Shown here: positions 1 through 9,100 of the stretch, piece by piece
Position numbering within the stretch: the stretch's first letter is position 1
Layout: every line of letters begins with the position of its first letter
Source of the DNA: a virus
Lineage: Duplodnaviria; Caudoviricetes
Virus record (IMG/VR): IMGVR_UViG_3300046787_000259
Span: 1 to 38,391 of that record
Direction: 5' to 3' (one strand)
Length of the DNA: 38,391 nucleotides
The notes under the pieces: generated by a model
What the model saw: the letters and a program-made list of their open reading frames with translations, nothing else
What the model was told of the DNA's origin: nothing
Database searches by the model: none
Position numbers and translations under genes: made by a program

Positions 1-1
1 G

Positions 2-142
2 ACTCTTCTAATTCCACCTGCGGACATGGCTGCATACGAGCCCAAATCTTACGTATATGACCTAGAGGTTGAATCACCTACTAGTGAAACTACGAGAATT
101 ATTCAAGGAAAATTTATTGTGAGACCCGAGGTAACTAAGTAA
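2..142 (+). CDS. 5'-truncated small virion protein (LtfC/BppU-like beta-sandwich fibre adaptor), C-terminal 46 aa
   Basis: Not in the ORF track. The frame from nt 2 reads [46 protein letters not shown]. The stop TAA (140-142) overlaps the next ATG (TAATG). The YVYDLEV...RIIQGKF.VRPEVT ending is typical of phage fibre-attachment beta-sandwich proteins. Confidence 0.7.
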   Translation, partial: TLLIPPADMAAYEPKSYVYDLEVESPTSETTRIIQGKFIVRPEVTK

Positions 143-2952
143 TGGCACTCTCCGATAACTTTGCATATGTAGATATTAAAGGTCCTGGACCTCAGGGACC
201 CGCTGGACCAACTGGTCCCGCAGGACCCGCTGGAGGCCCGACTGGTGCGACAGGTATCGCAGGTCCCACTGGTCCAACAGGTGCTACTGGTTCAGTAGGT
301 CCAACAGGTGCTACTGGTGCAGAATCTACAATACCTGGCCCGACTGGTGCCGTAGGTCCAACAGGTGCTACTGGTGCAACTGGTGCACGTGGATCAGATG
401 GTTCGGATGGTGCTGACGGGGCAACTGGACCAACAGGAGCCGCTGGTGCCGTAGGTCCAACAGGTGCTACTGGTGCACGAGGCCTCGCAGGTTTAAGTAT
501 TACAGGACCAACAGGTGCCGCTGGTGCCGTAGGTGCTACTGGAGCTACTGGTGCGACAGGTGCCCAAGGTCTAGCTGGCTTAAGTATTACTGGCCCAACT
601 GGTGCTCAAGGCATACAGGGAGCGACAGGCCCTACTGGAGCTGCTGGTTCAGATGGCGTCGATGGTACCACTGGGCCAACAGGTGCATCTGGAACTGACG
701 GCATTGACGGCATTGACGGAATTGATGGAGCTACAGGACCAACTGGAGCCGCTGGTGCTACTGGAGCAACAGGCGCAGCGGGGGCCACTGGAGCAACAGG
801 TGCTACAGGTGCCGCTGGTAGAGACGGTACAAATGGAACTGTGGGATCTACGGGCGCTAAGGGCGATACTGGACCTGCTGGTGCAACTGGAGCTACTGGA
901 GCGCAGGGTCTAGCTGGTCTAAGCATTACAGGCCCTCGTGGTGCCACTGGCCCTCAGGGGCAGCAGGGTATTCAGGGACCAACTGGAGCGCAGGGTCTAG
1001 CTGGTCTGTCGATTGTTGGACCAACAGGTTCAGTAGGTCAGGTTGGCCCAACGGGTGCAACAGGTGCAACAGGTTCTCAGGGTGCAGCAGGTTTAAGTAT
1101 TACAGGACCGACTGGCGCACTTGGGCCTACTGGTGCCACTGGTGCCACTGGCCCAGACGGTAATTTTTACGTCTCTTCACTAGCCCCAGAGTCTCCAGAA
1201 GAAGGAGACGGTTGGTTCGACTCTACTAGCGCGGCGTTCTATCTATACATCGACGGTTACTGGGTAGAGGTAAATGCTAGCCTAGCTGGTCCTACTGGAT
1301 CGCTAGGACCTACTGGATCTACAGGACCTACAGGCCCTCAGGGTACTAGCATTAATTTCTTAGGTTCTGTTGCTGCAATTGTAGATTTGCCAGAGTTTGA
1401 AAATCAAACTAATGATGCCTACATTGTTGATGCTGACGGCAATTTATATGTTTGGGGCGGAAGCTCTTGGACTGATGCTGGTCAGATTGTAGGTCCTACA
1501 GGATCTACAGGTCCGACAGGTGTAACTGGCCCTCAGGGCATCCAAGGTGTAACTGGTCCTCAGGGCATCCAAGGTGTAACTGGTCCTACAGGTGCCCCAA
1601 ACGAGCTAATAATCGGCGATGTAACAACCGCAAATCCTGGTGAATCTGCTTCAGCATATATCTATGGTGAAGCCCCAAATCAGACATTAGATTTAATAAT
1701 TCCACAAGGACCTACAGGTCCCCAGGGTGTGCAAGGTGACCAGGGTGATTTAGGTCCTACTGGTCCAACTGGTGCACACGGTACTTATACAATTTCAGAG
1801 ACTGCTCCACTGTCTCCTGTAGAGGGAGACTCGTGGTTTAACTCGGTAAACGCTAAGTTCTACATGTACTACGACAACTTCTGGGTAGAGGTTGCAGTCG
1901 CAGAGCAGGGACCTATCGGCGCAACTGGTCCCCAGGGTGATTTAGGTCCTACTGGACCTGCAGGTGAGCAGGGTGTCCCAGGAGAACAAGGCATTCAAGG
2001 AGCGACTGGACCTGCAGGTGAGCAGGGTCTCAAAGGTGATCAAGGAGATCAAGGTGTCCCAGGAGAACAAGGCATTCAAGGAGCGACTGGACCTGCAGGT
2101 GATACAGGAAGCACAGGACCACAGGGAGAAGTTGGCCCAACTGGACCTCAGGGAGATGTTGGAAATATTGGACCAACTGGTCCCACAGGACAGACAGGAC
2201 TTACGGGAGATACAGGACCTGTAGGTGCAACAGGGGCGACTGGTGCAGAATCTACAATACCTGGCCCGACTGGACCCACTGGGTCCGTAGGCCCGATGGG
2301 GCCAGCAGGGTCAATTAATGAAGCTTCATATATTCAACTAGATACAACATACACTGGCGGCGCTACCGCAGTTGGCATGCTTGCGTGGAACCCAGACATG
2401 GAGACCGTTGACATTAAGCTCAATGGTGCCACTCTCCAAGTGGGGCAAGAGCATTTAATTAGAATTAAAAATGCATCTGGAACTACCCCTATTGCAGACT
2501 TCACTCCTGTTATGTTCGTCGGGGCTACTGGCGATACAGTGACAGTTGCTCCAGCAATTGCAGATGGTAGCGTGCCAGCAGAGTACATTGTAGGTGTAAC
2601 TACTGAAGAAATCCAAGCTGATGGTTTTGGATTCGCGACTCAGTTCGGATTCATAAACAACATAAACACTAATATATATCCAGTAGGATCTATGCTCTAC
2701 GTAGACCCGCTAGTGCCAGGCGGTTGGACTACAACGATGCCTACAGCCCCTGCTTGGAAAACTGCTTTTGCTGCGGTGACTAGGCAGAGTCAGAATAGTG
2801 GTAGGGCACTAATTCGCGCTATTTTTGGTTTAGCTTTGAATGATTTAAATACAGTAAACGCTCCGAACCCACAAGACGGTGACATGCTCTCATATGACGC
2901 AGGCGCTGGCGCATGGATTAATTTGAGTGTAGTTGATGGAGGTACACCGTAA
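142..2952 (+). CDS. Collagen-like fibre protein 1 (936 aa) with interspersed globular modules and a C-terminal beta domain
   Basis: Long Gly-X-Y runs (GPT/GAT/GPQ) interrupted by EGDxWF...YWVE and [14 protein letters not shown] modules. The last ~210 aa are non-collagen. Translationally coupled at both ends. Confidence 0.9.
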   Translation: MALSDNFAYVDIKGPGPQGPAGPTGPAGPAGGPTGATGIAGPTGPTGATGSVGPTGATGAESTIPGPTGAVGPTGATGATGARGSDGSDGADGATGPTGAAGAVGPTGATGARGLAGLSITGPTGAAGAVGATGATGATGAQGLAGLSITGPTGAQGIQGATGPTGAAGSDGVDGTTGPTGASGTDGIDGIDGIDGATGPTGAAGATGATGAAGATGATGATGAAGRDGTNGTVGSTGAKGDTGPAGATGATGAQGLAGLSITGPRGATGPQGQQGIQGPTGAQGLAGLSIVGPTGSVGQVGPTGATGATGSQGAAGLSITGPTGALGPTGATGATGPDGNFYVSSLAPESPEEGDGWFDSTSAAFYLYIDGYWVEVNASLAGPTGSLGPTGSTGPTGPQGTSINFLGSVAAIVDLPEFENQTNDAYIVDADGNLYVWGGSSWTDAGQIVGPTGSTGPTGVTGPQGIQGVTGPQGIQGVTGPTGAPNELIIGDVTTANPGESASAYIYGEAPNQTLDLIIPQGPTGPQGVQGDQGDLGPTGPTGAHGTYTISETAPLSPVEGDSWFNSVNAKFYMYYDNFWVEVAVAEQGPIGATGPQGDLGPTGPAGEQGVPGEQGIQGATGPAGEQGLKGDQGDQGVPGEQGIQGATGPAGDTGSTGPQGEVGPTGPQGDVGNIGPTGPTGQTGLTGDTGPVGATGATGAESTIPGPTGPTGSVGPMGPAGSINEASYIQLDTTYTGGATAVGMLAWNPDMETVDIKLNGATLQVGQEHLIRIKNASGTTPIADFTPVMFVGATGDTVTVAPAIADGSVPAEYIVGVTTEEIQADGFGFATQFGFINNINTNIYPVGSMLYVDPLVPGGWTTTMPTAPAWKTAFAAVTRQSQNSGRALIRAIFGLALNDLNTVNAPNPQDGDMLSYDAGAGAWINLSVVDGGTP

Positions 2953-3713
2953 TGTCATCAATCAATTTTCCAAATTATCCAACAATAGATGAGACGTACT
3001 CGGCGGGCGGCACTACCTGGAAGTGGGATGGATCCGTCTGGGGTGTACTAGCATCTACAGCATCTATAGGCCCAACTGGTCCTCAGGGTGGATTAGGCGA
3101 TACAGGACCAGTAGGTCCTAGGGGTCTTCAAGGTATTCAGGGTGTCACAGGGCCAATTGGCGATCAAGGACCTACTGGGCCAACTGGCCCACGAGGATAT
3201 ACTGGAGATACGGGACCCCAGGGGGCCGTTGGTGCCACAGGTCCGATAGGCTCTCAAGGCATTCAAGGAGCGACTGGACCTCAGGGTATTCAAGGTGATA
3301 AAGGCGATCGCGGCACCGATGGGCTCAATGGGACAGACGGGGATATGGGGCCTACAGGCCCTAAGGGTGATTTAGGCAATACTGGAGATCTAGGACCTAC
3401 AGGCCCAACTGGAGAAGTAGGGCCTACTGGGCCTACTGGACAAGCGGGAACATTTGTAATCTCGGATTCAGCACCTAGCCCAGCTACAGATGGCATGATT
3501 TGGTACAGCAGCCTAGAAGGCAAGCTACTAATCTATTATGACAACTTCTGGGTGGAGACAATCGCAGGAGAAGTTGGCCCTACTGGACCAACTGGTGCAG
3601 CTGGAAATCCTAGCTACACCCCAAACCAGTCATCTGACTGGAGTCCAGCACCTACTACCATATCCGAAGCATTGGATCAGTTGGCTAGTAGACTTAAAGC
3701 ATTAGAAATTTAA
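2952..3713 (+). CDS. Collagen-like fibre protein 2 (253 aa)
   Basis: N-terminal INFP..P...W.WDG..W module, Gly-X-Y tract, DGMIWY...FWVE module, and C-terminal TISEALDQLASRLKALE helix. Confidence 0.88.
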   Translation: MSSINFPNYPTIDETYSAGGTTWKWDGSVWGVLASTASIGPTGPQGGLGDTGPVGPRGLQGIQGVTGPIGDQGPTGPTGPRGYTGDTGPQGAVGATGPIGSQGIQGATGPQGIQGDKGDRGTDGLNGTDGDMGPTGPKGDLGNTGDLGPTGPTGEVGPTGPTGQAGTFVISDSAPSPATDGMIWYSSLEGKLLIYYDNFWVETIAGEVGPTGPTGAAGNPSYTPNQSSDWSPAPTTISEALDQLASRLKALEI

Positions 3714-3727
3714 CCTAGGAATATATA

Positions 3728-5071
3728 ATGGCCATTCTAGATTTCCCAAACTCCCCCGAGATCGGCGATATTTTTGAAGCGTCTTCTCAGGGCGGAGCCT
3801 TCGCTACCAGTACTCAGTCTTGGACTTGGAACGGATACTACTGGGAGGCACTAACTACCGAGCTAGTCACTGGACCAACTGGCCCAACTGGACCTCAGGG
3901 TCCCCAGGGGGTGGGGCTAACCTTTAAGGGAACTGTAAACGATGTATCAGAGCTGCCTTCAGGTGCTTCTGTAAACGATGGATATGTAAATAACCAAGAC
4001 GGTGACCTTTACGTATGGAACGGATCTTCCTGGGACAACGCTGGTCAGATTGTTGGTCCTCAGGGAGATACTGGGCCTGCTGGATCAGTAGGGCCTCAGG
4101 GGGAGTTTGGGCCTCAGGGGCTGCAGGGAGATCTAGGCCCCACTGGTCCCCAGGGTGATTTAGGTCCTACTGGACCTCAAGGTGATCTAGGACCGACTGG
4201 ACCTCAAGGTGATACGGGTGCCCAGGGGCTGCAAGGTATTCAAGGAATTACTGGACCTCAAGGGGAGAGAGGTATACAGGGTGAAGTTGGCCCACAGGGC
4301 ATCCAAGGTATTCAGGGTGTCAAGGGTGATACTGGGGATACTGGACCTCAGGGTATCCAGGGAAATACTGGATCCACTGGTGCGCAGGGTATACAGGGTG
4401 ACACGGGGCCGCAAGGCGCCCCTGGGGCAGATGGACTAGATGGTGCACCTTTTCAAATAGTGCAGACGTATACAACCCTGAGCGAATTCAATCTTTCTGT
4501 TCTAGCGAACGAACCAGGGTCTGCATATATAGTGGACGGGCACTTGTATTTTTGGAACCCAGTCACTGAAGTTTATGACGACCTAGGGTCTATCATGGGA
4601 CCTACTGGTGCTCAGGGGGCTCAGGGTACTAGCATCACCTTCAAGGGCTCAGTATCGACCACATCCCAATTACCAACCACAAATAATTTGGTAAATGATG
4701 CGTACATCGTTGACGCTGATGGAGATCTATATGTCTGGGATGGCCAATTACCTTGGCACAACGTCGGTCAAATTGTGGGTCCGCAGGGGGCAACTGGCGC
4801 GACTGGTGATACTGGACCAAAGGGTGATACTGGGGATACTGGACCAGCTGGTACATACTCAGTGGCTAGCCCAATTACGCTAAGTGCTGGCACCCTATCT
4901 ATCGCTAGCAACCCCACACTGACGGGCAATGTGTCGGCTACTAGCTTTATTGGTAATCTAACAGGTACCGCGTCTAATGCTTCGGCAATAAATTCCCACA
5001 AGGTATATGTGCAGAATACGTTTCCAGTCTCTGGGATGGCCGATGGCGACATACTAATTAAGCGTCCGTAA
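3728..5071 (+). CDS. Collagen-like fibre protein 3 (447 aa)
   Basis: N-terminal LDFPNSP...WTWNG..W module, Gly-X-Y tracts, three AYIV.G.LYVW modules, and a phage-fibre-like C-terminus (FIGNLTGTASNA). Confidence 0.88.
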   Translation: MAILDFPNSPEIGDIFEASSQGGAFATSTQSWTWNGYYWEALTTELVTGPTGPTGPQGPQGVGLTFKGTVNDVSELPSGASVNDGYVNNQDGDLYVWNGSSWDNAGQIVGPQGDTGPAGSVGPQGEFGPQGLQGDLGPTGPQGDLGPTGPQGDLGPTGPQGDTGAQGLQGIQGITGPQGERGIQGEVGPQGIQGIQGVKGDTGDTGPQGIQGNTGSTGAQGIQGDTGPQGAPGADGLDGAPFQIVQTYTTLSEFNLSVLANEPGSAYIVDGHLYFWNPVTEVYDDLGSIMGPTGAQGAQGTSITFKGSVSTTSQLPTTNNLVNDAYIVDADGDLYVWDGQLPWHNVGQIVGPQGATGATGDTGPKGDTGDTGPAGTYSVASPITLSAGTLSIASNPTLTGNVSATSFIGNLTGTASNASAINSHKVYVQNTFPVSGMADGDILIKRP

Positions 5072-5084
5072 GGTCTGATTTTAA

Positions 5085-6065
5085 ATGGCGTATTACAGTA
5101 AATCAGCTGCATTTAGCTTACGAACTACAGTAAAGCTTTATGTTGAAGTTTATACGTATGATGTCGGCGATGGTACTCAAATTGACATATACGCCTACGC
5201 TCAGCGAAATGCTGGCGAAACTAGAACGCCGTTCAGCTCGGTAGCTACAAAATCTTGGAGTCTACCAGGAGCTCGCTCTGGCAGCTCTACAGGATCCGCG
5301 TCTGCATCAGGCTCGGCCAACTGGTCATATAATTTTGCAAACGGTGACCCACAGGTAGTTTACGCTACTTTCACTAGGTATATTCCATATGGTTCTGCCA
5401 GCGCTACTTTGACGGTTACCGCAGCCGATGGATCAGGAGGTTTGCTGGGGTCAGCATCTGTCGCTCAGACTATTCCACTATTCAGCGCCCCACCATTCTT
5501 CCCATTCTTCCCACCATTCTTCCCACCATTCTTCCCACCGTTCTTCCCACCTTTCTTCCCACCGTTCTTCCCACCATTCTTCCCGTTCTTCCCACCTTTC
5601 TTCCCACCTTTCTTCCCATTCTTCCCACCTTTCTTCCCACCATATTTTCCCCCTACCCCCACTTGGTTAGATAGTGCTATATCTACAAGTGCAAAAGAAA
5701 ATACAGCGTATTCTGATGGCATCTCGGCCACTGCTGTATCTAGCTACGCGCTATATAGCGGATCCTTACCAGCTGGTATTGCAATCAATACTGTGTCAGG
5801 CGCACTCGCTGGTATTCCAGTAGACGGGTCCGCTAACACATATAGCTTCGTATTAAGCGCTTCTGGCGATGGTGGAACTATATATACACCCCAACTGACG
5901 CTAACCGTAGCAAATGACGGGCAGAGGGTCCATGTGTACAACTCTGCTACGTCTAGCTGGCAGGAAGCCATCGTGTACATATACAACGCAGCAGACAACA
6001 CCTGGAAAGAATCCTCTGTACAAGTTTGGGATGCTACTACTGGCACTTGGCGAGACAGCGTATAA
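5085..6065 (+). CDS. Virion-associated protein with a (PPFF)n repeat, a putative Ig-like (He_PIG-type) domain and C-terminal Trp hairpin repeats
   Basis: 326-aa ORF within the fibre cluster. It has a 55-aa Pro/Phe tract, a YSGSLPAGIAINTVSGALAGIP...YSFVLSAS Ig signature, and a terminal 3x V(Y/W)...W repeat. Confidence 0.75.
   Translation: MAYYSKSAAFSLRTTVKLYVEVYTYDVGDGTQIDIYAYAQRNAGETRTPFSSVATKSWSLPGARSGSSTGSASASGSANWSYNFANGDPQVVYATFTRYIPYGSASATLTVTAADGSGGLLGSASVAQTIPLFSAPPFFPFFPPFFPPFFPPFFPPFFPPFFPPFFPFFPPFFPPFFPFFPPFFPPYFPPTPTWLDSAISTSAKENTAYSDGISATAVSSYALYSGSLPAGIAINTVSGALAGIPVDGSANTYSFVLSASGDGGTIYTPQLTLTVANDGQRVHVYNSATSSWQEAIVYIYNAADNTWKESSVQVWDATTGTWRDSV
5490..5654 (+). repeat. Degenerate 12/9-bp tandem repeat (CCNCCNTTCTTC) encoding PPFF/PFF
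   Basis: Read directly. 14 units encode PPFFPFFPPFF...PPYF plus PP. The + strand is almost purely pyrimidine. Confidence 0.97.
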
Positions 6066-6086
6066 TTAACGGCTGCTCCATTTTAA

Positions 6087-6096
6087 GGTAAAATAG
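6087..6096 (+). promoter_or_regulatory. Putative phage late-promoter motif GGTAAAATAG
   Basis: Intergenic, 28 bp upstream of the 6125 ATG. The identical 10-mer lies on the - strand at 11444-11453, upstream of the holin-like gene. It contains a TANNNT -10 core. Confidence 0.5.
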
Positions 6097-6124
6097 TAGT
6101 GATCTCTGCCATTTAAGGACACTA

Positions 6125-9100
6125 ATGCCAACTATTGATTTCCCGAGCAATCCATCTATCGGAGATTCATTCACATACGGTCTATATACCTGGACATGGA
6201 ATGGCTCTACTTGGCGTGCAGTCACTGTGACTACAGTTGCTGGCCCGACTGGAGCTGCAGGACCGCAGGGTGAGGCTGGCCCAACTGGCCCTACGGGACA
6301 TGCTGGTCCAACTGGTGCGACAGGTGCCACGGGTGCTGCAAGCACGATAGCTGGGCCTACTGGGTCTCAGGGCGCAATTGGCCCAACTGGTGCGACAGGT
6401 GTACAAGGAACTCAGGGCATTCAAGGTGTAACAGGCCCAACTGGTGCGCAGGGAGCGCAAGGTCCTACAGGATCTACTGGCTTACAGGGAGAGGTTGGTC
6501 CAACTGGCCCTCAGGGTGTACAAGGAACTCAGGGGACTATTGGTCAAACTGGATTAACTGGTGCGACAGGTGCTCAGGGTGTAACTGGCCCTCAGGGTGA
6601 GGCTGGCCCTACAGGCCCTCAGGGTGCTCAGGGTGATCAGGGTGACTTAGGTCCAACTGGACCTCAGGGAAATGTTGGAGATACTGGACCGCAAGGCGAT
6701 ATCGGCCCAGTGGGAGACACTGGCCCTACTGGGCCTACTGGTGCTCAGGGTGCTGGATTACAAATTACCGACGCGCATGCATCTTATGAAGATCTTATTT
6801 CCGAACACCCAGCAGGTGCAGCGGGATCTGCCCATCTAGTTGGCGACGGGTACCTCTATGTTTGGTCAATTGAGACGTCAACTTGGGTCAATACGGGTCA
6901 ACTACAAGGACCTACTGGTGCTACTGGGCCTCAGGGGATCCAAGGTTTAGTTGGAGATGTTGGACCTACAGGGTCACAGGGTGACTTAGGCCCTACTGGC
7001 CCTACAGGACCTATCGGCGGCCACGGTATTCAAGGTATCCAAGGCGAGGTTGGCCCAACTGGGCCGACAGGTGCTACGGGTGAGCAAGGCGCTCAGGGAG
7101 ATCAGGGGCAGATTGGCCCTACTGGCGATCAAGGTGCTCAGGGCATCCAAGGTATTCAGGGCGCTCAAGGAGTAACGGGGCCAACTGGTGCTGCAGGAGA
7201 TACTGGACCGACTGGCCCACAGGGAGCTATTGGTGCTCCATTCCAGATTGTAGCAAGCTACAGTACTGAAGAAGAGTTTAACATTCAGGTAACTTCTGGC
7301 GAGCTAGGTACGGCCTACATTGTCGGCGGCCATTTATTTTTCTGGGATGACTCATTCCAGCAATATGTGGACTTAGGGTCTATCCAAGGACCGACAGGTG
7401 CTTCAGGTATCAATGGTTTAGATGGATCTACTGGAGATACTGGACCAGCAGGTGTTGCTGGAGATACTGGACCAGCTGGAGATACTGGACCAGCAGGTGT
7501 TGCTGGAGATACTGGACCAGCTGGAGATACTGGACCAGCAGGTGTTGCTGGAGATACTGGACCAGCTGGAGATACTGGACCAGCATTCACGCTGCTCGGT
7601 AGCTACGCCTCTTATGAAGATTTTACAGCGGCTAGTCCAGTTGGGGAATTAGGTGGAGCGTACTTAGTTAGTGGCGTAATCTACATGTGGACGCCGACAG
7701 CCAATGCTTACATTGAAATTGGATCGATAGTAGGTCCGACTGGTCCGCAGGGGGCAGTAGGGAACACGGGACCTGCAGGAACTGGCGTAGAAGAGGATCT
7801 TTACCTAGTAGATGGTAACAACTCGGCTATTGCGGCTGCGTATACCGCGGGTGAGTATATAGTTTCATTCGAGGGGTACGGAAAACTAAGGATAGTATCA
7901 TATGCTAACGGGGTACCTAGCTTATATCCTATAGTAGATGTGCCCTATGTTACAGAATTTTATAGGGTTAGAGTGACTCTACCAGCTGACATCGATGGCT
8001 TTATCTCGATAGATAATTTTGTGGGAAACGTCTCTATACAGAATGCTACTACAACTGCCCTTAATACTGGTGGTGGTACCGTAACTATCCCTGGCGAGGT
8101 ATGGACGGCTCAGGCCTCTAGAAACTACGTACCAAACCAGTCACAAGTGAATCTACGAGTACTAGAGTACTTCCCTGGGTACGGATTCATTGGTGCTAAT
8201 ACTGGACAATTCACTGGCGTGTACAGATCTGAAGATGGAGTTAACTGGACATATACAGCGTTAACTGGCGGTTCTGGTGCACCTACCTCTATAGCATACG
8301 GTGCAGGGGTGGGATTCGTAATAACTACGTATACTACAGGGTTCTGGTTCTCTGCTGACGCGGTATCGTGGGAGTTTATTCCACATCCAGGGACTGGCTC
8401 GGACTACGTGTACAGCATCGCGTATGCTAGCGGCATGTTCCTCGCAGTAGCTGGGAATGGAGCTGTATTCACATCGATAACTGGAAGATACTGGACTGCT
8501 AGTGCGCCTCTATCCTCTGGATCTACTAAGGAGAAGGTAGTTAGTGATGGTACAACATTCACTATTATCTCCAGCAATAAAGTGGAGAGGTCGACCGACG
8601 GCGTGACGTGGAGCAATATCACAGTTACTGGTATACGGAGTGATGCGTCTGCTAAGTATTTGAACGGGACATATCTATCCTTTGGACAGTCTACAAGTAC
8701 TTATCACACGTCGGTAGACGGTATCACCTGGGTCTCTAGAACTCTTCCAGGTTCAGGTAGCTGGTATAACCTAGCTTATGGTAGCGGTGTCTATTCAATT
8801 ATAAGTTTCGATGGCAGCGCATCTTACACATCACCAGATGCTATTACCTGGACTAGTAGGACTGCGCCATCAGCTATTGGCGCTTCTTCGATATACACGG
8901 CTTACGCATACGGTAACGGTAATTTCATTTTTGGATCCCTCTACACCACCATATGGGGGTACTCATCCAATGCACAGTCTTGGACGCAGCTGGATGTATC
9001 GGGACAATCTGTCTTCTATGGACTGAGCATAGCTGGGTCTAGACTATATGTATCTACCTCGACGAACGTCGCTCACTACTCCGATGATGCGGGTATAACC

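Noticed and set aside
5428-5731. Ser/His-rich ORF (5428-5670, +) and Gly/Lys/Asn-rich ORF (5465-5731, -)
   Set aside because: Both are other readings of the PPFF repeat. The PPFF frame is continuous with the flanking domains, and the variable bases fall at its synonymous positions.
7431-7585. Possible CRISPR array
   Set aside because: The repeats are contiguous with no unique spacers and encode in-frame collagen triplets.
602-7652. Alternative-frame and antisense ORFs over the collagen genes (602-913, 606-947, 1964-2224, 3290-3523, 4209-4439, 7315-7590, 7422-7652 and others)
   Set aside because: These are shadows of GGN-CCN-ACN periodicity, which removes stops in other frames. They have no RBS and no independent protein features.
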